A stretch of DNA of 64,000 bases from Dehalococcoidia bacterium (GTDB lineage Bacteria > Chloroflexota > Dehalococcoidia > DSTF01 > WHTK01): positions 2,018,884 through 2,082,883 of the forward strand of contig OZ252017.1 of the NCBI GenBank assembly GCA_965247485.1. The letters run 5' to 3'. A model generated the notes under the pieces. That model was not told the origin of the DNA and made no database searches. It saw nothing but the letters and a program-made list of their open reading frames with translations. How positions within the stretch are numbered: the first letter of the stretch is position 1; every line of letters starts with the position of its first letter. The position numbers and the translations under genes were made by a program. Below are positions 29,209 to 38,792 of this stretch, piece by piece.

Positions 29209-30369
29209 GTGATCATCGGCGTAAGAGGGCTGACAGGGCGCCTCCCGGCCGTCTTCGGGTTGGCGCTGGTTATGATCATGCCGATCCTCGTCGCGTGCGG
29301 TGACGCAAGAGGTGGGCCCGGTGAGTTAATTTTGGTTCCAGCCTTCGAGCGCCAGCAGTTGGAGCGCCCGATTGAAGTTGGTGCCTACCCCAATGGCCGT
29401 CTGTTCGTCGCAGAGCAAATAGGTCTGATCACCGTCCTGCGCCCGGATGGCTCCGATGCCGTAGTCTTGCTCGACCTACGCGACAGCGTAGACATCGAGA
29501 AGGGTGAAGGTCTGCTGTCCTTTGCCCTCGATCCGGATTTTGAAAGCAATGGTCAGGTTTGGGCCTACTATTTCGCCGCTGGTGTTAGTCAGTCGGTCTT
29601 GTCTCGCTTCAACGTCATCGAGGGCAGTGCTGATCCAGCCAGTGAACTGATCATCCTCAGATTAGACCAACCCGGTTTCAACCAAAACGGCGGCGCAATC
29701 CGATTTGGCGAAGATGAGATGCTTTACCTCAGTCTTGGTGACGGCAGCGCTTCCCTAGATCCGTTTGAAAACGGCCAGGACCTTGGAACCCTTCTCGGGT
29801 CGATCATCCGCATCGACGTGAGAACCGCCACCGCCGCGCAGCCGTATCTCGTGCCAGCCGATAACCCGTTTGTTGACCTTGCTGGAGCACGGCCGGAGAT
29901 CTGGGCCTATGGCTTCCGCAACCCCTGGCGCATCGCTTTCGATTCGCAAACTGGGGCGCTCTGGGGCGGCGATGTCGGCGCCAGCGACTTCGAGGAGCTC
30001 AATCTGATCCAAAAGGGTGGCAACTACGGCTGGAACGTAATGGAGGGCTTTAAGTGCCGAGGCGGCGGGACGGACTGCGCCGAAAACGGATTCTCACCGC
30101 CGGCGGCGGCATACGCCCAGGAGGCAGGCCGCTGCGCGGTTATTGGTGGCATCGTCTATCGAGGCGGTTCGATTCCCAGGCTTGACGGCTTCTACCTTTA
30201 TGGAGACTTCTGCACCGGTGAGGTTTTCGCGCTAAAGGTTGACGATCCCGGCAAGACGCTGTGCATCGCCGAAGGCGCGGGGTCGATAACTTCGTTTGGC
30301 AGCGACTCGGACGGAGAAGTCTACATCGCGACCTATGAAGGCCAGATTTGGCGGCTGCAAGCTCCTTAG
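29209..30369 (+). CDS. PQQ-dependent sugar dehydrogenase family (soluble glucose/sorbosone dehydrogenase-like beta-propeller), probably a lipoprotein
   Basis: 386 aa. Signal peptide with a LVAC lipobox-like site. SGDH-like segments (…GRLFVAEQIGLITVL…, …GGNYGWNVMEG…). Confidence 0.65.
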   Translation: MIIGVRGLTGRLPAVFGLALVMIMPILVACGDARGGPGELILVPAFERQQLERPIEVGAYPNGRLFVAEQIGLITVLRPDGSDAVVLLDLRDSVDIEKGEGLLSFALDPDFESNGQVWAYYFAAGVSQSVLSRFNVIEGSADPASELIILRLDQPGFNQNGGAIRFGEDEMLYLSLGDGSASLDPFENGQDLGTLLGSIIRIDVRTATAAQPYLVPADNPFVDLAGARPEIWAYGFRNPWRIAFDSQTGALWGGDVGASDFEELNLIQKGGNYGWNVMEGFKCRGGGTDCAENGFSPPAAAYAQEAGRCAVIGGIVYRGGSIPRLDGFYLYGDFCTGEVFALKVDDPGKTLCIAEGAGSITSFGSDSDGEVYIATYEGQIWRLQAP

Positions 30370-30459
30370 GGCGCTGGGTCGGACCGAGCCTGGCCGATAG
30401 CTCTTGCTACCGCTGCTCCGCGAGGTTTCCCCAGTCGGCACCGATGTTAGACTTGGGCC

Positions 30460-31650
30460 ATGACTTCAAGCCTGCCAAAACTCTTCAATCCACTCAGCGA
30501 TTCCCTTGAAATTCTTGATTTGACCTCACCCGTCGGTATCTATGTCTGTGGCATAACGCCTTACGACACGACTCATCTCGGCCACGCTTTCACCTACACC
30601 TCGTACGATGTTCTGGTCCGGCTTCTGCGGTTTCTAAATTACGAAGTCAGCTATGTACAAAACATTACGGACATTGACGATGACGTCCTCCTTCGTGCCG
30701 GCACATTGGGTGTCGACTGGAAAGACCTGGGAGATCGGGAGGTCGAAAAATTCCGTCATGACGCCGTTAGCCTCAATAACCTGCCTCCCGATGTGATGCC
30801 TCGCGCCACCGAGCACATCAACGAGATCACCGATTTCGTCGGACAACTCCTGGCAAACAACGTCGCTTATGAATCCGAAGGCAGCGTCTACTTTGAAGTA
30901 AAGCGCGCTGGTTCCTTTGGCACCCGTCTGTTTCGCCGCACCTACGACGAGCAGCTCAGTACCGCCAACAAGCACGGCAATTTTCCCGACGACCCAGCCA
31001 AAAGGGACCCGCTGGACTTTGTGCTCTGGCAGCGGACCAAGCAGGGCGAGCCAAGTTGGCCCTCGCCTTGGGGTGCTGGCCGCCCGGGTTGGCACATCGA
31101 GTGTTCGGCGATGAGTCAGCGATACCTCGGGAACAGCTTCGCCATCCACGGCGGTGGTTCTGACTTGTTGTTTCCGCATCACGAATGTGAAATTGCTCAG
31201 GCGGAGTTTAGCCACGGCGAACTACCGGCCAAGTACTGGATGCACACAGGCATGGTCCACTATGAGGGCGAAAAAATGAGCAAATCGCTCGGCAACATGG
31301 TTTTCGTCGCCGACCTGCTCTCAGAGCATACGGGCAACGCCATTCGCCTCTGTCTCCTGGCCCAGCATTATCGAGAGCCCTGGACCTATGAGGCGTCACT
31401 GATGGAAAGAGCAGAGGCAATCGAAGCCCGGCTTTCAGTTCTCGGGACCAGCCAGAGTGACGTCTCCTCGGAGGATCTGGAGAGCCTGGGCTGTGGTGTG
31501 CTCGACGCCCTCAAAGACGATATGAATACGCCTCTGGCCCTGACCGAATTGGTCCAATTGGCCGAGTCTGGCGAAAGGAACGCGCAGGGCGTGGCCGAGA
31601 AATTGGCTTCGAGTACCTTCGGGCTTCGCTGGGACCAATCCAAGCGTTAG
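30460..31650 (+). CDS. Class-I Cys-tRNA-synthetase-family ligase lacking the anticodon-binding domain, most consistent with mycothiol ligase MshC (alternatively a truncated CysS)
   Basis: 396 aa with HIGH-type (TTHLGHAFTY) and KMSKS (KMSKSLGN) motifs. Too short for a canonical CysS (~460-470 aa). Confidence 0.65.
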   Translation: MTSSLPKLFNPLSDSLEILDLTSPVGIYVCGITPYDTTHLGHAFTYTSYDVLVRLLRFLNYEVSYVQNITDIDDDVLLRAGTLGVDWKDLGDREVEKFRHDAVSLNNLPPDVMPRATEHINEITDFVGQLLANNVAYESEGSVYFEVKRAGSFGTRLFRRTYDEQLSTANKHGNFPDDPAKRDPLDFVLWQRTKQGEPSWPSPWGAGRPGWHIECSAMSQRYLGNSFAIHGGGSDLLFPHHECEIAQAEFSHGELPAKYWMHTGMVHYEGEKMSKSLGNMVFVADLLSEHTGNAIRLCLLAQHYREPWTYEASLMERAEAIEARLSVLGTSQSDVSSEDLESLGCGVLDALKDDMNTPLALTELVQLAESGERNAQGVAEKLASSTFGLRWDQSKR

Positions 31651-31840
31651 CCGGACCAGGACGGCAAAAGCCTTTGTTTCAGCGAATTCCCGGGTCGTAG
31701 CTGATATCAACCACTGTCCAGTTACCTGCCTGAAGGACGACCTCGAACGGCTTAGTGATCGGGAATGGTGTGTCAGCAGGCGTTTGGGGGACGACGGTGT
31801 AGATAGCCGGCGGCAGGGCCAGCGCACGTCCGCCGACGCT

Positions 31841-32987
31841 CTATGGGCCGTAAATCGTTGTGTGGGGAAACGCCGCTACGTGGGCGAACCAGAAGGTTGT
31901 CCTGCTCGGCAGGGGCGTCAATTGCTCACCTGCCAGAGGTCCGGAGATCGCGGTGCCGCTGATCAGCCAAACACTGCTGGTCTCGGCGTCGATGAATCTT
32001 CCTTTCTCTTCCTGAAAGGTCAACTTTAGGTCACCCAACTCCGGACTGAAGGCGATCACTACGGGTCCTTCAGCTAGAGCAAAAATCACCACCGCTGTGC
32101 CGTTCAAAGTTTCGTTTATTGCTGCGTTGCCAAGCTCACTGACGATGAGTCGACTTCGATGCCGAGTACCAAGTCGGCCGGCTGCAGCCGGTCGTCGAGC
32201 GCTGCATCGGTCACCGGGAAGGGGAACCCGCCGCCGTTTAAATGTGTTTCGATGCCCAGGAAGGGGTCACGTTGGTACGCCGCCAAGTAGCCCGGGTTGC
32301 CAAATGAGTCCCGAGAGAGGACCAGCGTCTCAGGGTTCATCGTCAACCACTGACCCCAGGATGTCAGCGTCGATGGCTTCGCCTCAAGCCTGAGTCCGCT
32401 GAGCTCACCAACAATCGCTTCCCCGCCCGCCTGGAACCAATATGAAAGCGTTTCGCGGTCGTACATCACCAGGTCAGACTGGTAGAGAGCGCTGGTGTTG
32501 CCAAAAGATAAGACGCGGTCACCCAGGTGTCGGTCGTAAATCACGCCACTGCGACACAATGGGCAAAAGGTAATCACGATCGCCTCACCGGCGAGCTCAG
32601 TATTGACAATCTCGTGAAAATTTAGAATCCGAGCCGGATAGGCGTACGCTGGCCGTCTCGAGCAATAAATCCTAGCACGAGGTCGGTCGGAGCTAACCAG
32701 GTCGCGTCCAAGGCCGATTCATAGATCGGATTGTCCAAAGGTGGAATCCGATCGCGAAGGCCGAGTAGCTCCTCCTCGGTAATTTCGAACAGCGAAATAG
32801 TAGAACCAGTGAAAAGGTCGAAGTGAATGTCCTTGAGGCTGATGCTTTTTTGGTCCGTATCGGTGCCTGCCAATAGCCCGCGCCCACCTACATCGCCGGA
32901 TCCGCAAGCTACTAGGACGACGGCACCAATAAGAATGGCAGCCGGGATCAGCCATGCATCCTTCGCGGCTCGGTTAATCGCGGCCAT
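31841..32987 (-). pseudogene. DUF3179-family protein (paralog of the 54658..55779 gene) split into three ORFs by two frameshifts
   Basis: ORFs 32622..32987, 32116..32577 and 31841..32107 align collinearly with the intact paralog (e.g. ITFCPLCRSGVIYDR vs ITYCPLCFTGIVYDR; LVMYDRETLSYW vs LVMYDRQTDSLW; SGPLAGEQLTPLPSRTTFWFAHVAAFP vs SGPLEGSELRQIPATYSFWFAWSDFY). One frame switch falls within …DGQRT/AYPARIL…. Confidence 0.55.
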
Positions 32988-33251
32988 CAGAAGTGTAGTG
33001 ATGCAAACATGAGATTCTATTCCGGCGGAGGCCGCCGCCTAAAGAAGATCGGCCCTCAAAGTCGACAAGCTCGCGTCAAGCCATCTTGGCGCCCGGCCTA
33101 GGCCAGCAGGAGTGATCTGGGTCACACGCCGCCCTGCAAGCCGTTAATTGGGCCCGGCGCCTTGCGCCCAAGCCGGCTCCGATACACGATGCGAAGCAAA
33201 CGTGGATTTATCGCACGAGACAGCGACTGGGGACTTTAGAAGAAGGTCCAG

Positions 33252-33533
33252 ATGGAAGAAGCGAGTTCCGCTGAGAGGAAGGTCCAGGTTGTCGCCGGGC
33301 TGATCGGTCTTGCCGTAGCCGGTGCCATCGCGGTCATCGTTGGCGTCAACGCTGGTTTTAGCGCCGGCCTCGCGGTGTTCTTCCTCAGTTGGACCTTTGT
33401 CGCCATCTTTGTGCTTGTGGTCCGTTTTGCCTTTCGCCGCTTTTCGCCGGCGCCGACTGCGCCTGAGCCGCCCTCCACATCCGCCAAAGCCAATCCCAGG
33501 CGTCGCTCAGGCCGAAAGCGCCGAAAGCGTTAG
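33252..33533 (+). CDS. Small membrane protein (2 TM) with a basic C-terminal tail, hypothetical
   Basis: 93 aa with two hydrophobic helices, then PRRRSGRKRRKR. Convergent with the ROK kinase gene. Confidence 0.3.
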   Translation: MEEASSAERKVQVVAGLIGLAVAGAIAVIVGVNAGFSAGLAVFFLSWTFVAIFVLVVRFAFRRFSPAPTAPEPPSTSAKANPRRRSGRKRRKR

Positions 33534-34417
33534 GTCGCCTGCCCAGACCCAAAGGCATCTTTTCCCAGAGCGAAGGCGCCCTGGAGGCCGACATCGTCGC
33601 CGCCGGCCGCTAGTGTCACGTCATCTCCCCGAACCTGGCAGCCCTTGTCGCAGCGGCTAAGTTTCTCCCGAAGCGGCGCTAAGACGAAGTCCCCCGCGCC
33701 GAGCGCGAAACCACCGCCCAGAACCACCCGTTCCGGCATGAAGCAATGAACCAGGTTGTGGACGCCGATTGCCAAAGCCTCCGCGGTCGCCTGAACCGCT
33801 GCTAGGGCAGCTGCATCGCCAGCTTCGGCGGCCTTGGTTGTCTTTTCGCCTGGCTCACCGGTCAGACGCTGAAGCGCAGTGCCGGAGCCAAGCTGCTCCA
33901 CCGTTTCTCCAGTATTCCTATCGATGACCATGTGGCCGACTTCGGCGAGGGACCAGTGTCCGCGCAAGAGCTGACCGCCGATCACAACCCCGGCGCCGAC
34001 GCCGGTGCTTGAGGTGACATAGACCATGTCCGCGACACCCTGGCCGGCGCCAAACCTGTGCTCACCCAGTGCACCCAGGTCGGCGTCGTTCGCCAGCATG
34101 ACCGGCAAGCCAAGCGCCTGACTAATCGCGTCGCCGGAGATTTCATCCTGCCAGCGCGGCAAGTTGGGCATCTTTGAGATCCGGCCGTCTCGGTAGGAAA
34201 CTACGCCGGGCACGCCAATCACCGCGCCGGCCAGCGCCACCGGACTTGAACTGTTTGCTTCCAGAATCACTCGAGTTAGCTGCTCGGGGTCGTCTCCATC
34301 AGTGCTGACAACGACCTTTGAAATGATCTTGGCACTGGCATCGAAGACCGCCACTCGCAGACGCGTGCCTCCGAGATCGACGGCCAACATTCCGGTTTCG
34401 TCAGTCTCTTCAACCAT
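33530..34417 (-). CDS. ROK-family sugar kinase (glucokinase-like)
   Basis: 295 aa. N-terminal LAVDLGGTRLRVAVFD ATP-binding motif and ROK Cys/His region. Confidence 0.75.
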   Translation of the reverse strand: MVEETDETGMLAVDLGGTRLRVAVFDASAKIISKVVVSTDGDDPEQLTRVILEANSSSPVALAGAVIGVPGVVSYRDGRISKMPNLPRWQDEISGDAISQALGLPVMLANDADLGALGEHRFGAGQGVADMVYVTSSTGVGAGVVIGGQLLRGHWSLAEVGHMVIDRNTGETVEQLGSGTALQRLTGEPGEKTTKAAEAGDAAALAAVQATAEALAIGVHNLVHCFMPERVVLGGGFALGAGDFVLAPLREKLSRCDKGCQVRGDDVTLAAGGDDVGLQGAFALGKDAFGSGQAT

Positions 34418-34452
34418 TGCAGTTTCCTCTTCTACGCCGCTGGGCTGATCCC

Positions 34453-35331
34453 CTAGGACGGGCGGACCGCATGCCCGCCAAACTGATTGCGCAGGGCCGC
34501 GAGAAGCCTGGCGCCAAACGGACGATCCTGGCGTGAGCGGAAACGAGCCTGAAGTGATGACGAGATCACCGGCGTCGGGATTCCGAGGTCAATTGATTCC
34601 TTGACGGTCCAGCGGCCTTCGCCGGAATCTTCGACGTAGGCGTCAAGCTTTTCCAGGCGCGGGTCCTCGGTCAGGGCTAGTGCCGCGAGGTCCAGAAGCC
34701 AAGAGCGGACCACACTGCCGCTGCGCCAAATCTCCGCTACCTGCGCCAGTTTCAGCCCGAATTCCTCTTTCGCCTCGAGAATCTCAAAGCCCTCGGCGTA
34801 GGCCTGCATTAATCCGTACTCGATCCCGTTGTGGATCATCTTGACGAAATGCCCGGCTCCAGATGCTCCAACTCGGCCGAATCCGGTGTTCGCCGATGGC
34901 GCCAAAGTCCGGAATATCGGCTCAGCGGCCTGGTATGGATCCTTGTCTCCACCAACCATCAGGCAGAAGCCTTCATCGAGGCCCCAAATGCCGCCACTGG
35001 TGCCAACGTCAAGGAAGTGAATGCCACTTTGTTGTAAGGAAGCACCGCGGCGCATGGTGTCCTTGTAATTGGAGTTGCCGCCATCGATCAGAATGTCGCC
35101 GCCGGCCATAAGCGGTGACACCTCGTCAATCGTCGCCTCGGTGATATCACCGGATGGCACCATCAGCCAGATCACTCGCGGCGATGGCAAAGAGGCGATC
35201 AATTCCTCGACGGAAGAAAAGTCAGATACGGCCGGGTTGCGGTCGTAACCTTGCACCTCGTGCCCGTCGCGGCGCAGCCTTTCGGCGATTCCCGCACCCA
35301 TGCGGCCCAATCCTACGATGCCCATTTTCAT
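34453..35331 (-). CDS. gnd: 6-phosphogluconate dehydrogenase (decarboxylating), short NAD(P)-binding type
   Basis: 292 aa. Rossmann motif GIVGLGRMGAGIAERL and the 6PGD C-terminal domain. Sits inside the pentose-phosphate block. Confidence 0.75.
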   Translation of the reverse strand: MKMGIVGLGRMGAGIAERLRRDGHEVQGYDRNPAVSDFSSVEELIASLPSPRVIWLMVPSGDITEATIDEVSPLMAGGDILIDGGNSNYKDTMRRGASLQQSGIHFLDVGTSGGIWGLDEGFCLMVGGDKDPYQAAEPIFRTLAPSANTGFGRVGASGAGHFVKMIHNGIEYGLMQAYAEGFEILEAKEEFGLKLAQVAEIWRSGSVVRSWLLDLAALALTEDPRLEKLDAYVEDSGEGRWTVKESIDLGIPTPVISSSLQARFRSRQDRPFGARLLAALRNQFGGHAVRPS

Positions 35332-35352
35332 CTTTAGCCTCCTTAATGTCGG

Positions 35353-36083
35353 TCAGTGCTGGCTGCGGTTATGAGCGGCGATTCTTTGTTGGACCACTTC
35401 GACAAGTTCGCTGGGCTCGTGGACGATCCAGGCGTGATCAACGACCTCCTTAACGTGAAGGCCGGCGAGAGTAAACGGAGTTGCCACCGCGACAACGTTC
35501 ATTCCGGCTGCGGATGCCGCGCGTACGCCTGCCGGAGAGTCTTCAATAACCAGGCAATCTTGCGGCATCACCGCCAGCCTGGATGCAGCTAGCAGATAAA
35601 CTTCGGGGTCAGGTTTGTGTTTCTCGACGTCTTCTGCCGCTAAAACCACATCGATCAGGCTTTCGATCTCTACGTGCAGGGCTTCGGTTCGGCGAGAGCT
35701 AGTGGCAAGTCGCGTGAGACAAGGCTGATCCTTTACCGCCCTTAACAACCCAATCGTGTGTGGCCACTGGTTGTCGCGCAGCACCTGAGGATCTGCGACC
35801 ATCTCGTTGTAAATCGAAAGCCGCATGTTGGTGAGAACCTCCCAGGGCTCAGAGGCGCCGTGCTCGGGCATCAACTCGCGCAGTTCCGCTTCCAGGCCGA
35901 AGCTCTCCATCAAGAACCGTGAGACCGAGTCGATCCGACCACTTCTGGATAGAGGTCGGCGGTTCGTGTTTCCGGCCCAGACAGGTTGCGAATACGCTGG
36001 ATAGCCAAGCCATACGCCTGAGCCTTGAGACGCTCGGTTTGGACCAAGGTTCCATCGAGGTCGAACAGCACCGCGTCGATCAT
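35353..36083 (-). pseudogene. HAD-IA hydrolase (beta-phosphoglucomutase/phosphatase-like), interrupted by a 1-nt frameshift near 35925-35935
   Basis: The N-terminal 59 codons run from ATG 36083 (MIDAVLFDLDGTLVQTERLKAQAYGLAIQ…, DxDGT motif) to a stop. The remainder is ORF 35353..35913 (…HKPDPEVYLLAASRLAVMPQDCLVIEDSPAGVRAASAAGM…, HAD motifs III/IV) in another frame. Confidence 0.55.
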
Positions 36084-36086
36084 CGC

Positions 36087-37643
36087 CTATTGGATTGCTT
36101 CGAGCAGGCGGTCGATACCGGCGAGCAGGTTGCCGCCAAGATTGATCCGCGCCACCCGGCGCCCGCGGTCCGTCAACGACTCAAAGTCGCCGAGCGCCTG
36201 CGCTTGCCTCAGTTGATCGAAGCTATGCGGCTGCCCGGGAATCGCCAGGTCTGCGGCCGCATCCTCGATGATTTGAATAAAAGCTCCCGTGCCGGGTCCG
36301 CCTTTGTGCAGCTGGCCAGTGGAGTGGAGGTAGCGGGGCCCGAAACCAAGACTAGTCGCCACCCCGTAGCGCTGGCGAATCTTCAGCCTCAGCAACTCCA
36401 ACGGCGCTTCAATCTCCGTCTTGCGTGGCAGGTAGGCAAGTAAGCCAAGGTAATCGCCTTTCTCCAGGGTCGCCAGAACACTCTCAATCGAGGTGGGCTC
36501 ACCAGAGGCCGGTTTTGGTCCCTCCGAAAGGATCCGAGCAGTGGCATCCTTTGCTGCCTGAACGTCAGGTTGGTCGAATGGATTGATTTTGAGTACATGA
36601 GCGGCAATTGCTGTCGCGAACTCCCAGCGGAAGAACTCACCCCCCAGTTGCATGCGGTTCTCGAACGGCAAACGTAGCACCGGATGGCCGAAATTCTCGA
36701 TCGCATCCAGGCCCGGGTGCTCGCCAAGCGCCACGAAAGCGCGATCCGCTCCGTAGACTTCGGGCGACCCCAGAGTTTCGCCGGCAATTGGCACGATTCC
36801 CTTTCCTTCCTTGCCGGTGGACTCCGCGATCAATTGCTCGATCCAATCCCCCAGGGAGCTCAGTTCCTCCGGTAGGACCAGGGTCAGTTTGTCTCGACCC
36901 ACCGCCGCGGTTTGGCCAAGAAACGCGCCTAGCAGGGCCCCTGGGTTTTCGCTCGGCGGGTTTGTGCGACACGCCTCTGCGACCGCCCTCGCATTCTTGA
37001 GCAGAACCTCCAGGTCCACGCCGACCAGGCTAGCGGGCACCAGACCGAAGAAGGATAGTGCCGAGTAGCGGCCGCCGATGTCGGCTGGGTTTGCGAAAAC
37101 CTTGCGAAACTCTCGCTCTCGTCCGAGCGTTTCAAGTGGGGTGCCCGAGTCGGTCACGGCGACAAAGTGGACCCCGTCCGGTATCTGCTCCCAGAAGTAA
37201 CTGAACTGCGACAAAGTTTCCTGAGTTGTACCCGACTTGCTGGAGACAATGAACAGGGTTTTCTCCAGGTTAAGCCGCTGCCGGAGGTCGAGGATGGTAC
37301 CCGGGTCGGTGGTGTCCAGCACCTCCAGAGATAGCCGGTCCGGTGCTGAGCCAAATGTTCTCTGGAAAACCTCTGGCGCCAGGCTGGAACCGCCCATTCC
37401 GAGCACAACCGCGGTCTCGTATCCTTCCGCGGCGACGCCGGCGGCGAAGCGGGCCAGCTCTGGGGCTTGATCGATCATCGAATCGATAACCGTAAGCCAA
37501 CCGAGTCGGTTTGGCTCGGTAATCTCCGCGGGGTCAGACTTCCAGACGCTGTGATCGTGCCGCCAGATTCGCGCCACCACATTGTCATCGGTGATTGCCT
37601 CAAGCGCCAAGGCCAGGGCTGGTGGAATCTCTTGGTTGCTCAT
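36087..37643 (-). CDS. pgi: Glucose-6-phosphate isomerase
   Basis: 518 aa with the PGI signature …DIGGRYSALSFFGL… and SIS domains. Confidence 0.8.
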   Translation of the reverse strand: MSNQEIPPALALALEAITDDNVVARIWRHDHSVWKSDPAEITEPNRLGWLTVIDSMIDQAPELARFAAGVAAEGYETAVVLGMGGSSLAPEVFQRTFGSAPDRLSLEVLDTTDPGTILDLRQRLNLEKTLFIVSSKSGTTQETLSQFSYFWEQIPDGVHFVAVTDSGTPLETLGREREFRKVFANPADIGGRYSALSFFGLVPASLVGVDLEVLLKNARAVAEACRTNPPSENPGALLGAFLGQTAAVGRDKLTLVLPEELSSLGDWIEQLIAESTGKEGKGIVPIAGETLGSPEVYGADRAFVALGEHPGLDAIENFGHPVLRLPFENRMQLGGEFFRWEFATAIAAHVLKINPFDQPDVQAAKDATARILSEGPKPASGEPTSIESVLATLEKGDYLGLLAYLPRKTEIEAPLELLRLKIRQRYGVATSLGFGPRYLHSTGQLHKGGPGTGAFIQIIEDAAADLAIPGQPHSFDQLRQAQALGDFESLTDRGRRVARINLGGNLLAGIDRLLEAIQ

Positions 37644-38743
37644 TTTGAGCCGCGGTCTGGAGCCTTTGAGCTTCCGAGCCGCTGGCCGATCTCTTCCAGG
37701 AGCGAGGCGAAATCCTTGCCAAATGAGGCCAGGCCTTCAACCAAAAGTCCGTCGGTCACAGCCTGCAAATCTACGCCCGCGTCCCCTGCCTGGCGCAGCG
37801 TCCCCTCGGCCTCGCTCATGCCCGTTTTCGCCATCGAGCCTGGCGTTCCGTGGTCAAGGAATGCTTTTAGCGTCGCTTCAGGCAGCGTGTTGACCGTCTG
37901 CGGCGCCATCAATCCCTCCACGTAGAGAATGTCTGAGTAGGCGGCGTTTTTGGTACCGGTCGAGCCCCAGAGCGGTCGCTGAGGGTGGGCGCCCGCCGCC
38001 GCCAGTTTCTTCCATCTCGGCCCTGAGAGACTCTCCTGAAAGCGCGAGTAAGCCAGCCAGGCATTGGCGATCGCCACCTTGCCCCTTAGCGGCGAATCCT
38101 CTGGCAGCAAGGCGTCCACCTTTGTATCCACGCGTGAGACAAAAAATGACGCGACGCTGGCGATAGTTTCGAGCGGCTGGCCATCGCCAAGCCGCTGCTC
38201 CAACCCCTGAATGTAGGCTTCGCTGACCTTAGCGTAGACATCAACGTCAAAAAGCAGGGTGATATTTATGTTGATCCCGCCGGAGATTAACGTCGCGACT
38301 GCCGCGATTCCTTCCGTCGTGCCCGGAACTTTGATCATGAGATTCGGCCGATCGACAAGCGTGAACATCCGCTTTGCTTCGGCGATGATTTCAGGCGTCG
38401 GGCCTTCCTGCGCTTCAAAGGAGACATATCCGTCAGCCGCGCCTGTCCGGTCGTAGACCGGCCGGAGCAGATCGGCTACGGCTCGGATGTCATCGCCGCC
38501 GACCTCTAGGAATGCCTCGTAGGCGGACGCGCCGCCGCGCGCGGCGATCACGTCGATGGCTGCGTCGTAGTCGTTTGAGCCGGCGATTGCCGCCCGAAAA
38601 ATGGTCGGATTGGACGTCACGCCATAGATGATCCCTTGACGGATCATCTGCTCCAGTTCACCGGACTCAATCATGCGGCGGCGAATGTAGTCAAACCAAA
38701 CGCTTTGGCCCAGCTGGTTCAGTTCCTCGATCGAGTTGGTCAC
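37640..38743 (-). CDS. tal: Transaldolase (long form)
   Basis: 367 aa with the TNPT-type N-terminus (GVTSNPTIFRAA). Adjacent to tkt. Confidence 0.85.
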   Translation of the reverse strand: MTNSIEELNQLGQSVWFDYIRRRMIESGELEQMIRQGIIYGVTSNPTIFRAAIAGSNDYDAAIDVIAARGGASAYEAFLEVGGDDIRAVADLLRPVYDRTGAADGYVSFEAQEGPTPEIIAEAKRMFTLVDRPNLMIKVPGTTEGIAAVATLISGGININITLLFDVDVYAKVSEAYIQGLEQRLGDGQPLETIASVASFFVSRVDTKVDALLPEDSPLRGKVAIANAWLAYSRFQESLSGPRWKKLAAAGAHPQRPLWGSTGTKNAAYSDILYVEGLMAPQTVNTLPEATLKAFLDHGTPGSMAKTGMSEAEGTLRQAGDAGVDLQAVTDGLLVEGLASFGKDFASLLEEIGQRLGSSKAPDRGSK

Positions 38744-38792
38744 TTAACACCTCCGAGCGCATAGCTCAACGAATCTTCCCGGATCATGACGG

